From contig CAVRQL010000021.1 in the NCBI GenBank assembly GCA_963723395.1, forward strand, positions 308,206 to 372,205: DNA of 64,000 bases, in the 5' to 3' direction. The notes beneath the pieces are model-generated. The model was not told where the DNA came from. It searched no databases and was given only the letters and a program-made list of their open reading frames with translations. Origin of the DNA: an uncultured Solirubrobacteraceae bacterium. GTDB taxonomy: Bacteria; Actinomycetota; Thermoleophilia; Solirubrobacterales; Solirubrobacteraceae. Positions 51,581 to 61,312 of the stretch are shown here, piece after piece (the stretch's first letter is position 1; every line of letters starts with the position of its first letter). The position numbers were made by a program, and so were the translations under genes.

Positions 51581-53101
51581 ATGGCTCTCGACTTCCCGAC
51601 TGAACGCTTCTCCCGCGACGGCGGCGGCACGCGCAAGCCGGTCGCCGTGCTCGGCGGAGGGCCCGCGGGCCTGACCGCCGGCTACCTCCTGGCCCAGCAG
51701 GGCCGTCCGGTGATCGTCCTCGAGGCCGAGGACCAGGTCGGCGGCATCGCCAAGACCGAGGTGCGCGACGGCTACCGCTTCGACCTCGGCGGCCATCGCT
51801 TCTTCACGAAGTCCAAGGAGGTCGACGACCTCTGGCACGAGGTGATGAAGGAGGAGTTCCTCAAGCGGCCGCGGATGTCGCGCATCTACTGGAACGGCAA
51901 GTTCCTCGACTACCCGCTCAACGGCGCGGACGTCGTCAAGAAGCTCGGCCCCGTCGAGCTGGTGCGCTCCGGCCTCTCCTACCTGTGGGCGCTCATGAAG
52001 CCCAAGGGCAAGGAGGACAACCTCGAGCAGTGGGTCACCAACCGCTTCGGCTGGCGCCTCTACCAGCACTTCTTCAAGGGCTACACGGAGAAGGTGTGGG
52101 GCGTCCCGACCACCGAGCTGCGCGCCGAGTGGGCCGCCCAGCGGATCAAGGGCCTGTCCTTCTTCTCCGCCGCCAAGGCCGCGTTCTTCGGCAACGGCGA
52201 CAACAAGATCAAGTCGCTGATCAACGAGTTCCACTACCCCCGCTTCGGCCCCGGCCAGATGTGGGAGACGATGTGCGACGAGATCATCGCCCTCGGCGGC
52301 GAGGTCCGCCTCAACGCGCGGGTCGACGACATCGAGGTCGAGGACGGCCGGATCGTCGCCATCACCGCCGGCGGCGAGCGCATCGAGCCGAGCGACGTCA
52401 TCTCCTCGCTCCCGCTGCGCAACACGGTCGGCCTGGCCGGCGAGTCCTCCGGCGCCTCCGCCGAGGTCAAGGACGCCGCGATGGGCCTGCGCTACCGCGA
52501 CTTCCTCACGGTCGCGCTGATCATCGACGGCGAGGACCTGTTCCCCGACAACTGGATCTACATCCACGACGACTCGGTCAACGTGGGCCGGATCCAGAAC
52601 TTCCGCTCGTGGAGCCCGTGGATGGTCCCGGACCCGAACAAGGCCAGCGTCGGCCTCGAGTTCTTCTGCTTCCAGGGCGACGAGCTGTGGGAGATGGACG
52701 ACGACGACCTCGTCGAGCTGGCCAAGCGCGAGATCGGGCAGCTCGGCCTCGGCGACCCCTCCAAGGTCGAGAAGGGCTACGTCACGCGCGTGCCGCTCGC
52801 CTATCCGATGTACGACGCCGACTACGCCGAGCGCGTGGACTCGATCCGCGAGTGGCTGACGGGCATCGAGAACCTGCAGCAGGTCGGGCGCAACGGCCTG
52901 CACCGGTACAACAACTCGGACCACTCGATGCTCACCGCGATGCGCGCGGTGGACAACATCGTCAACGGTGCGGACCACGACATCTGGGCCGTCAACGCCG
53001 AGTCCGTCTACCACGAGGAAGACGTCAAGGACGAGCACCCCTACCGCCGCGCGCCTGAGACGAAGGCCATGCGCGAGCCGCTCGTCGCATCCAAGGGGTA
53101 G
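51581..53101 (+). CDS. NAD(P)/FAD-dependent oxidoreductase (amine-oxidase/UDP-galactopyranose-mutase-like fold)
   Basis: Dinucleotide motif VAVLGGGPAGLTAGYLL...LEAEDQVGG. Intact 506 aa. Confidence 0.7.
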   Translation: MALDFPTERFSRDGGGTRKPVAVLGGGPAGLTAGYLLAQQGRPVIVLEAEDQVGGIAKTEVRDGYRFDLGGHRFFTKSKEVDDLWHEVMKEEFLKRPRMSRIYWNGKFLDYPLNGADVVKKLGPVELVRSGLSYLWALMKPKGKEDNLEQWVTNRFGWRLYQHFFKGYTEKVWGVPTTELRAEWAAQRIKGLSFFSAAKAAFFGNGDNKIKSLINEFHYPRFGPGQMWETMCDEIIALGGEVRLNARVDDIEVEDGRIVAITAGGERIEPSDVISSLPLRNTVGLAGESSGASAEVKDAAMGLRYRDFLTVALIIDGEDLFPDNWIYIHDDSVNVGRIQNFRSWSPWMVPDPNKASVGLEFFCFQGDELWEMDDDDLVELAKREIGQLGLGDPSKVEKGYVTRVPLAYPMYDADYAERVDSIREWLTGIENLQQVGRNGLHRYNNSDHSMLTAMRAVDNIVNGADHDIWAVNAESVYHEEDVKDEHPYRRAPETKAMREPLVASKG

Positions 53102-53248
53102 AGACATAACCCAGCGCCGACGGGCCTTGGACAGATGTCCGATGGTCCGGGTTCGGGAGCGGTGCGAGGCTGGTTGACGTCCTGGAGGGCGTACGGATTG
53201 GGCCTCACAAGCCCGCTCAAGGAGGAGACGCGGAGGGATTCGCTGGAG

Positions 53249-53287
53249 ACGGCCGTGCGGCCTTGACCGCGCGGCCGTTTCTCTTTT
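53249..53287 (+). terminator. Rho-independent terminator (12-bp GC stem, loop CCUUGA, then UUCUCUUUU)
   Basis: ACGGCCGUGCGG / CCGCGCGGCCGU pairs perfectly with one G-U. It lies 24 nt upstream of ATG 53311. Confidence 0.6.
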
Positions 53288-53310
53288 AAACGCTGGGGTA
53301 GGCGCACGGC

Positions 53311-53733
53311 ATGCCCGAGGAAGACGACGCCGCCACCAAGGCCCAGAGCGACGAGGAAGAGGTCGAAGAGGCCAAGAAGGTCATGGAGGAGCTCGAGGAG
53401 GGCGAGCCGCCCGACAAGCTCGAGGACTGGCCGGGTGGCAAGGCCAAGTACCAGACCTACGGCGGCCCGGACTCCGAGGGCGGCTACGAGGACGGCTCGA
53501 CCTCCAAGCTCGGCCCCTCCAACCTCCGCCACCACGACGACGGCTCGGTCACGATCGACGGCGAGGAGGTCGACGATCCCGACGAGTACAAGGGCGAGCC
53601 GATCCCCGGTGGCCCGAGCGACCCGGACGCCCCGCCCGACCCGGCCATGATCGGCCAGGAGGACGACGAGGAGTCAGACGACTCCTCCGAGGAGAAGGAC
53701 TCCTCCGACGAGAAGGGCGACGACGCCGCCTAG
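53311..53733 (+). CDS. Highly acidic (Asp/Glu-rich) hypothetical protein
   Basis: 140 aa, about 40% D+E, with a terminator-like hairpin in its leader. Confidence 0.4.
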   Translation: MPEEDDAATKAQSDEEEVEEAKKVMEELEEGEPPDKLEDWPGGKAKYQTYGGPDSEGGYEDGSTSKLGPSNLRHHDDGSVTIDGEEVDDPDEYKGEPIPGGPSDPDAPPDPAMIGQEDDEESDDSSEEKDSSDEKGDDAA

Positions 53734-55246
53734 CGGCGGCGCTTGAGCTTCAGGCTGCGGGTCGCGACGCGCTGGTTGCCGGCGGCGTCGCGCACCCGCA
53801 CCGTGAGCGCGATCCTCACGCGCTTGCGGCGGAGCACCCGGCGCACCTTGCGCGCCGACTTCTTCGAGATCCGCAGCTCGACGACGCGGCGCTTGCCGGA
53901 CTTGAGCTGGCGGCGGAGCGTCTTGAAGCGCGCGACGCCGCGGAGCCGCGCGCTGATCGTCGCGGCCGTCCGCTCGTCGGTCTGCAGCGCGACCCGCAGG
54001 CGGCGCTTGCTCACGAGCGTCTTGAGCCCGCGCACGCGCACGACCAGCTTGGGCTTGCGCGTGTCGGCGGCCGGCTGGGCCGGCCCCCCGCCGCCGCCCG
54101 CGGACGGCACGCACGGGGTCGCCGCGCCGTCCTCGATGCCGCGACACCGCGCCGGAGGTCCGGTCGGCGACGTAGACGCGCCCGCAGGCGTCCTCGCCGA
54201 ACGACGAGGGGTTGCCGCAGGTCGACGCCCAGCGCAGCGTCGCCGGCCGGGTTCGACAGCGCGAGCGAGCGCAGGTGGCCGACGCAGTAGTCCGCCGTAG
54301 ACGTAGCGGCCCGACGAGCGTCGGCAGCCCGGGGTCGCGCACCACGTAGCCGCCCGTGATCGAGCAGAAGCCGTCGCCGGAGTGGGTGAACTCGATCACC
54401 GGCGGCTTGGTGCCGCCCGGCTGCGGGTCGCACACCGGCGGGTCACCGGCCCGTCGGTGTCCGTGCTCTGCGGCGTCGCGAGCGTGCCCTCCCAGCAGCG
54501 CCAGCCGAAGTTCACGCCGCGCCCGGCGCCCGCGGAGCGCCGGCGCGAAGTCGATCTCCTCGCGGCGGCCCTGGCCGACGTCGGCGATCGTCAGGTCGCC
54601 GTTCGCGCGGTCGAACGAGAAGCGCCACGGGTTGCGCAGGCCGTAGGCCCAGACCTCGTTGCCGAACGGGTTCCCCGGGAGCGCGCCGCGCGGGTTGACG
54701 CGCAGGATCTTCCCGAGCAGCGAGCGCGGTGTTGGCGGCGTCGTCGCCGGGGTCGTTCGAGGCCCCGCCGTCGCCCGTGCTCACGTAGAGCATGCCGTCG
54801 GGCCCGAACTGCAGCTGCCCGCCGTTGTGGTTGAGGTTGTTGCCGGAGTCGCGCGGGATGGCGATCACGGGCCGCCGCGACCCGGGGTCGGCGGCGTCGG
54901 GATCGGCGGACCGGCGCAGCTCGTCGACGGCGAGGGCGTTGGCGCTGTTCGTGTAGGCGATGTAGAACAGCCCGGACGCGGCGTAGTCGGGCGCGAACGC
55001 CATCGAGAGGAGGCCCTGCTCGGTGTATCCGTCCTCGGTGGCCGCGGTGTTGTCGAGGAACGTCTTGCCCGAGCCCGCGATCTTGATCGTGCCGCGCTGC
55101 TCGACCACGAACAGGCGGACGTCGTTCGGGGGAGAGGTGACGTAGCTCGGCGACGTGAAGTCGCCGACCTTGACCAGCCGCGGGGCGGCGGACGCCGGCG
55201 CGGCCACGACGAGGAGCGCGAGGGCGGCGAGGAGCGCGATGCGCAT
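53730..55246 (-). CDS. PQQ-dependent sugar dehydrogenase (soluble glucose/sorbosone dehydrogenase family), secreted; 2 or more frameshifts
   Basis: Signal peptide. Propeller blocks [13 protein letters not shown]...[20 protein letters not shown], then continuation in other frames (…[21 protein letters not shown]…). Confidence 0.6.
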
Positions 55247-55249
55247 CTA

Positions 55250-55604
55250 GTGGTCCGCCACCGTGCCGCCGTCGGGCTCCAGCGGGTGCCCGCCCTCGGC
55301 CCAGGCCGTGATCCCGCCGTCGATCGAGTAGGCGTCGTAGCCGGCGCGGCGGAAGCCGTTGGCGACCATGCCCGCGCGGGCGCCGAGGCGGCAGTAGAAG
55401 ACGACCGGCTTGTCGCGGTCGATGGTGGGCGCCTGCGAGGCGATCCGCTCGATCTCGACGTGCCGCGCGCCGGGGATGCGGCCCGGCCTCCCACTCGTAG
55501 CCCTCGCGCACGTCGATCAGCTGGACGCCGCCGTCGCGGATCTGGCCGGCGGCGCCGTCCGGAGACAGGTCGACGTCGTCCGCGTGGAACACGTGGTCCG
55601 CCAT
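55250..55604 (-). CDS. Rhodanese-like domain protein (frameshifted copy)
   Basis: MADHVFHADDVDLSPDGAAGQIRDGGVQLIDVREGYEWEAG parallels the intact neighbour; the active-site half lies in another frame. Confidence 0.5.
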
Positions 55605-55623
55605 GGCGGCGAACAGTAACCGG

Positions 55624-55953
55624 TCAGTGCGCGGCGACGGTGCCGTCTTCGGGCTCGAGCGGCCGCCCGCCGCCAGCCCATTCCTCGAGGCCGCCGTCGA
55701 GCGAGTAGGCGTCGTAGCCCGCCTTGCGGAACGCGTCCGCGGCCATCGCCGACCGGCCGCCGACGCGGCAGTAGAAGACGACGGGACGCTCGCGGTCGAT
55801 CGTCGCGGCCTGGGCGGCGACGTCCTGCAGCCCGACGTGGCGCGCGCCGGCGATCCGGCCCGCGTCCCACTCGTGGTCCTCGCGGACGTCGATCAGCTGG
55901 GCGCCCTCGCCGACGAGCTGCTCGGCCTGCTCGGGGGTGACGTCTCGATCCAT
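55624..55953 (-). CDS. Rhodanese-like domain protein
   Basis: LIDVREDHEWDAGRIAGARH...VVFYCRVGGRSAMA carries the CRxGxR active-site loop. Confidence 0.8.
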   Translation of the reverse strand: MDRDVTPEQAEQLVGEGAQLIDVREDHEWDAGRIAGARHVGLQDVAAQAATIDRERPVVFYCRVGGRSAMAADAFRKAGYDAYSLDGGLEEWAGGGRPLEPEDGTVAAH

Positions 55954-55967
55954 TCCTTACACGGTAG

Positions 55968-57526
55968 TCAGGGCCTGGGCCCGCGCGCCTTGGGGCCGCC
56001 GCCGCGCTCGTGCGCGATCAGCTCGTGCGCCCGGCGGGCCCACGCGCACAGCAGCGGGCGGGTGTCGCGCGGGTCGATGATCTCCTCGACGCCGAAGCGC
56101 TCGGCGGTGCGGAAGGGGGAGCGGACGGCGTTGAGGCGCTCCTCGATCTCCGCTCGCCGCGCGACGGGATCCTCGGCCGCCTCGAGCTCGCGCCGGTACG
56201 CCGCCTCCAGCCCGCCCGCGATCGGCAGCGAGCCCCAGTCGCCCGACGGCCAGGCGTAGCGCGTGTTCAGCCGCGAGTGGTTGGCGTGCGCCGCGCCGGC
56301 GACGCCGTAGACCTTGCGCACGAGCACCGACGCCCACGGCACGGTCGACTGGTAGACGGAGAACAGCGCCCGCGCGCCGCGGCGCATCGTGCCCGCGCGC
56401 TCGGCCTCGGTGCCGATCACGAAGCCCGGCTGGTCGACCAGGTTGACGACCGGCAGCCGGAACTGGTCGCACAGGTCGACGAAGCGCGCGAGCTTGTCCG
56501 AGGCGTCGCCGGTCAGCCCGCCGCCGTAGTGGTTCGGATCGCTCGCCAGCACGCCCACCGGCCGGCCCTCCAGGCGCGCGAGCGCGCAGATCTGCGAGCG
56601 GCCGTGGCGTGCGCCCAGCTCGAACACCGACCCGCGGTCGAACACCGCCTCCAGCACGCGGCGCATCGCGTACGGCTTGCGTGGGTCCTGCGGGACGATC
56701 GAGAGCAGCTCCTCCTCGCGGCGGCCGGCCGGGTCGGTGGAGGCGACGACCGGCGGCGGCTCCCAGACGTTCGCGGGCAGGTAGGAGAGGAAGCGCCGCA
56801 GCTGGGCGAGCGCGTCCTCCTCGTCGGCGGCCTCGTTGTCGACGGCGCCGGCGCGCGTCTGGGCGCGCGCGCCGCCGAGGGTCTCCTTGTCGGGCGACTC
56901 GCCCATCGCGGCGGCCACCACCGGCGGGCCGGCGACGAACAGCTGGCCGGTGCCGCGCACGATCACGCTGAAGTGCGAGGCGACCACGCGCGCGGCGCCC
57001 AGGCCCGCCACCGGCCCGAGCGCCGCGGCCACCACCGGGACGATCGACTGGTTGGCGACCGCGATCTCCATCCCCGGCAGGAACGGGACGTAGGTGAAGC
57101 CCATCTGCTCGAGCGACTTGACGGACCCGCCGCCGCCGGTGCCGTCGACCAGCCGGATCAGCGGGAGCCGGAGGTCGTGCGCCATCCGCTCGGCGTGGAC
57201 CATCTTCTGCCAGATCGCCGCGTCGGCGGCCCCGCCGCGGACGGTGAAGTCGTCGCCCTGCACGACGACGCCGCGGCCCTCGACCTCGCCCTGGCCGATC
57301 ACCATGTTGGCCGGCAGGAAGTCCTCCAGCTCGCCCTCGTCGTCGTAGGCGCCGACGCCGGCCAGCGCGCCGGTCTCGTGGAAGGTGCCCGGGTCGAGGA
57401 GCCGGTCGATCCGCTCGCGGACGGTCAGCTTCCCGGCGGCGCGCTGGCGCTCGACGCGCTCCTCGCCGCCCATCTCGCCGCGCGAGCGCCTCGCGCCGTC
57501 GCAGCTCCTCCAGCTCGGATTCCCAT
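55968..57526 (-). CDS. Acyl-CoA carboxylase carboxyltransferase (beta) subunit, AccD/PccB-like; frameshift near 57470
   Basis: ...LTVRERIDRLLDPGTFHE...DFTVRGGA...PLIRLVDGTGGG..., plus the second CT domain. Confidence 0.75.
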
Positions 57527-57551
57527 GACATCGCGCGGTAGCGTGGCACGG

Positions 57552-58827
57552 ATGTGGACCAACTGGGCCCGCACGCACGCCTGCGACCCGGTGGCGATCG
57601 AGGAGCCGAAGTCGCGGCGCGAGGTCGCGCAGGCGATCGAGCGTGCCGCCGGCGCGGACCGGACCGTGCGGGTGGCGGGCTCCGGGCACTCGTTCAGCCC
57701 GTGCGTGCCGACCGACGGCACGCTGATCCGCCTCTCCCGACTGAACCGGATCCTCGACGTGGACGGCGAGCGGGTGCGGGTCGAGGCCGGCATCACGCTC
57801 GGCGAGCTCAGCAGCGGGCTGCTCGAGCACGGGCTGGCGCTCCCCAACCTCGGCGACATCGACGCCCAGGCGCTGGGCGGCGCGCTGGCCACCGCGACGC
57901 ACGGCACCGGGGTGGGGCTGCCGAACCTCTCCGCGCAGGTCGAGGCGATGGAGCTCGTGCTCGCCGACGGCACCCACCGGGAGATCGACGGCGGCGACGC
58001 GCTGCTCGCCGCGCGCGTCGGCCTCGGGTCGCTGGGGGTCGTCACGGCGGTCACGCTGCGCTGCGTGCCCGCCTTCCGGCTGCGCGGCGTGGACCGCACG
58101 CTCCCGCTGGAGGAGGTGCTCGACACGCTCGACGAGCGCGCCGACGGCCACGACCACTTCGAGTTCTGGACGTTCCCGCACTCGCCGCTCGCGCTCACGC
58201 GCACCAACGACCGCACGGACGCGCCGGTCGACACGCCGGGCCCGCGGGCCGCGTGGGTGCACGACGTGCTGCTCGACAACCACGCGCTGCTGGTGCTCAT
58301 GCGCACCGCCCGCCGGTTCCCGCGCGCGATCCCGTCGATCAACCGCCTCGCGTCGCGCGCCGCCTCGGGGCGTGAGCGGGTCGACTGGTCGCACCGCGTG
58401 TTCGCCAGCCCGCGCCTCGTGCGCTTCGACGAGATGGAGTACGCGATCCCGCGCGAGCACGCGGCCGACGCCGTGCGTGGCGTGCCGCGAGATCCTCGAG
58501 CGCCACCCGGTGTCGTTCCCGATCGAGCTGCGCTTCGTGGCCGCCGACGACGCGCTGCTCTCACCCGCGCATGCGCGCGACACCGCGTACGTCGCCGTGC
58601 ACGTGTTCGAGGGGATGGACGGAGAGCCGCCGTTCCGCGAGGTCGAGAAGCTGATGGCCGGCTGGGGAGGCCGCCCGCACTGGGGCAAGCGCTCGTTCCT
58701 GGCGGCCCGCGAGCTGAGGACGCGCTACCCGCGCTGGGACGACTTCGCCGGCGATCCGCGCCGAGCTGGACCCGGACGGGCGCTTCGAGAACGACTGGGC
58801 GCGCCGGGTGCTGCAAGCCCGGTCTAG
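57552..58827 (+). CDS. FAD-linked sugar 1,4-lactone oxidase (L-gulono/D-arabinono-lactone oxidase family); 2 frameshifts
   Basis: FAD-binding PCMH block RVAGSGHSFSP and the ALO C-terminal domain (…ELRFVAADDALLSPA…, …WGGRPHWGK…) in shifted frames. Confidence 0.65.
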
Positions 58828-60006
58828 AGGAAGGCTTTGCCCTCGCCGCGGTAGGTGGGGACGGTCGCGACGATCTCGCGGCCGCGCACGAGGTGGACCT
58901 CGTTGAAGCGCTCGCACAGCTCGCCGGCCTTGGCGTGGCGGAACCACACGCGGTCGCCGACCCGCAGCGCGCCGCCGCCGTGCAGCGGCGTCTGGACCTC
59001 GCCGCCGCCCTCCTGGCCGTCCAGGCGCAGGCCGGGCGGGAGCACGGGGCGGACGAGCCGGGAGGCGCCGGCCGCGCCCGACGCCGGGTAGCCGCCGCCC
59101 AGCACCGTGGCGACGTCGGCCGAGGGGCGGCGGACGACCGGGAGCGCGAACAGCGCGGCCGGTCGCGGCGCGAACGCGCGGTAGGCGTCGAACAGCGTCG
59201 GCGCGAACAGGCCGGAGCCGGCCGCGACCTCGGTCACCGCGGGCTCGGCCGCGGTGCGCTCGACGGAGCCCGTGCCGCCGCCGTTGACGAAGCGCAGCGC
59301 GGCGACCTCCCGGACGGCGGCCACCACGGCCGCGCGGCGCTCGGCCAGCTCACGGCCCGAGGCGCGCTGCATGGCGGAGATCGCGACGCCCGTCACGCCG
59401 CCGAGCCGGCCCGGCGGGCGGTCGCCGACGCCGGCGATGTGCGCCTCGTAGCTCATCAGCCCGTCGAGTACGAGCCCGGGGCGCGCGACGACCTCGCGCG
59501 CCAGCGCCGCGGCGTCCTGCGGCGTACGCACCGGCGAGCGCTTGGCGCCGAACTTCACCCGGCCCCCCAGCGGCCACCAGCCGGCGTCGACATCCAGGCA
59601 CACGCGCACGGGCGCGTCGGGCGAGGCCGGGATCGCGTCGAGGTGCTCGACGCAGTCGACCATCACGGTGACCGGCGCGCCGCTCGCGGCCAGCTCGCGC
59701 AGGGCGGCGCGATCGGCGGTCGGATACGCCACCACGAGGTCCTCGAAGCCGTGCCCGGCGAGCCACAGCGCCTCCGGCAGCGTGAAGGCGAGGATTCCCT
59801 GCAAGCCGGCGCCCAGCGCGCGCTCGTTGAGCGCCCGCACGCGGACGGACTTGGACGCCAGGCGCACCGCGCGTCCCGCCCGCGCGGCGCAGCAGATCGG
59901 CTGCGTTGGCGTCGAACGCGTCCAGGTCGACGATCGCGAACGGCGGGTCCAGCGCGGCCGTCGCGGCGTCCAGGCGCTCGCCATCTATGGGTGTGAGGGA
60001 CGTCAC
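58824..60006 (-). CDS. Alanine-racemase-fold PLP enzyme, D-serine deaminase/D-threonine aldolase-like; frameshift near 59880
   Basis: N-terminus ...FAIVDLDAFDANAADL then ...KSVRVRALNERALGAGLQGILAFTLPEALWLAGHGFEDLVVAYP... Confidence 0.55.
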
Positions 60007-60039
60007 GACGGGGGAAGCTACCCGCCGGGCGCTTCGCTA

Positions 60040-60236
60040 GAGTGGCGCGCCGTAAACGGGACATAACGCCGAATCCCACCCGGTGGAGGCCGTGGTGGGA
60101 GCGGGGGAACCAAGGCAGGTGGCCCAGGGAAACCGGGGCCGGGGGCGAATCGCCGTAGACATGCGGCGTAGCGCGAATTCTTCAGCGCGAGCCCGACAGC
60201 TAACCCCGTAGGCGGTTGAGGAAAGGGAAAACCGTC
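60040..60236 (+). promoter_or_regulatory. Candidate ydaO-type cyclic-di-AMP riboswitch in the leader of the NlpC/P60 hydrolase gene
   Basis: Elements in ydaO order: CGCCGAAUCCCACC (60067), GGGGGAACCA (60103), GGGGGCGAAUCGCC (60141), ACCCCGUAGGCGGUUGAGGAAAGGG (60203-60227). The 209-nt leader ends just before the GTG start at 60237. Confidence 0.55.
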
Positions 60237-61010
60237 GTGTCGCGCTGTCGTACGTTCGTGGCGACTCTGGCCATAGCCGGGGTTGCTGCTCCATTCGCAT
60301 TGGCCGGGGAGGCCGATGCTGCTGCGCTGGGTAAGCGCACGCTCCGCCAGGGCATGTCCGGCAAGGACGTGAAGAAGCTGCAGAAGTACCTCACCAAGGT
60401 GGGCATCGTCACGAAGGCCGACGGTGAGTACGGCCCGGCGACCGCCCGCCGCGTGAAGTCGTGGGAGCGCCGCTCCGAGCGCAAGGTCAACGGTCGCCTG
60501 GAGCGCCCGGACGCACGCAAGCTCAAGCAGCAGGTCGCGGCCGGCATCACCGTCTACGCGGCGCCGGTGCCCGAGCCGGCCCAGCCGAACACCGGCGAGG
60601 TCGCCGTCCTGAACGCCGACGGCACCGCCACGGCGCCCGAGACCGCTCCCGAGCAGGTCAAGCAGATCATCGAGGCGGGCAACCGCATCATCGACAAGCC
60701 GTACAAGTACGGCGGCGGCCACGGCCAGTGGGAGGACTCGGGCTACGACTGCTCCGGCTCGATGTCCTACGCGCTGCACGGCGCCGGGCTGGTCGACGAG
60801 GCGCTCACCTCAGGCGACTTCTCCTCTTGGGGCGAGGCCGGCAAGGGCGAGTGGGTCACCACCTACGGCAGCGGCGGTCACTCCTACATGGTCGTGGCCG
60901 GGCTGCGCTTCGACACCGGCTACAACGACGGCGACTCCGACGGCCCCGACTGGAGCACGAAGATGCGCCCGGGCGACGGCTACACGGCGCGCCACCCGGC
61001 AGGTCTGTAG
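60237..61010 (+). CDS. Secreted NlpC/P60 family cell-wall peptidase with N-terminal peptidoglycan-binding domain
   Basis: PG_binding_1-like LRQGMSGKDVKKLQKYLTKVGIVTKADGEYGPATARRV. Catalytic block KPYKYGGGHGQWEDSGYDCSGSMSYAL. GTG 60237 preferred over the ORF-track TTG 60216, which lies inside the leader RNA. Confidence 0.8.
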   Translation: MSRCRTFVATLAIAGVAAPFALAGEADAAALGKRTLRQGMSGKDVKKLQKYLTKVGIVTKADGEYGPATARRVKSWERRSERKVNGRLERPDARKLKQQVAAGITVYAAPVPEPAQPNTGEVAVLNADGTATAPETAPEQVKQIIEAGNRIIDKPYKYGGGHGQWEDSGYDCSGSMSYALHGAGLVDEALTSGDFSSWGEAGKGEWVTTYGSGGHSYMVVAGLRFDTGYNDGDSDGPDWSTKMRPGDGYTARHPAGL

Positions 61011-61019
61011 GAGAACCGC

Positions 61020-61283
61020 CTAGTACGGCTCGCGGTCGCGGACCACGGTGCGCTCCGTGGTTCCGCGGCGTGAGCTGGAGAGCAGGAACAGCGAGATCAG
61101 CAGGCCGATCACGCCGACGACCATCAGGATCAGCCCGATGGTCGTGATCTCCAGCCCGGAGATGTCCGCGTCGACGGCGAAGTAGAGGATCGCGCCGACC
61201 GCGATGAGGAAGAGTCCTGTGCCGATGCCCATAGGAGGCATCGTGTCCGGCTGAGAGCGCCGCGAAACCCCTGCGTCTCCCAT
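61020..61283 (-). CDS. Small two-TM membrane protein (paralogue of 20116..20346)
   Basis: See 20116..20346. The shared core is TIGLILxVVGVxxLxI...RRxTxxRxVV. Confidence 0.55.
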   Translation of the reverse strand: MGDAGVSRRSQPDTMPPMGIGTGLFLIAVGAILYFAVDADISGLEITTIGLILMVVGVIGLLISLFLLSSSRRGTTERTVVRDREPY

Positions 61284-61312
61284 CGGAGACGCGGGGCGCG
61301 TACCCTCAAGTC

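Noticed and set aside
56010-59996. 1328-aa plus-strand ORF spanning four genes
   Set aside because: It is an open antisense frame running over the accD-like, rhodanese and D-Ser-deaminase-like genes. Only the 57552-58827 part, in a different frame context, shows real (lactone oxidase) homology.
60216-60236. TTG start at 60216 proposed by the ORF track for the NlpC/P60 gene
   Set aside because: It lies within the conserved 3' part of the candidate riboswitch (GGUUGAGGAAAGGG). GTG 60237 with upstream GAGGAAAGGG as SD is more plausible.
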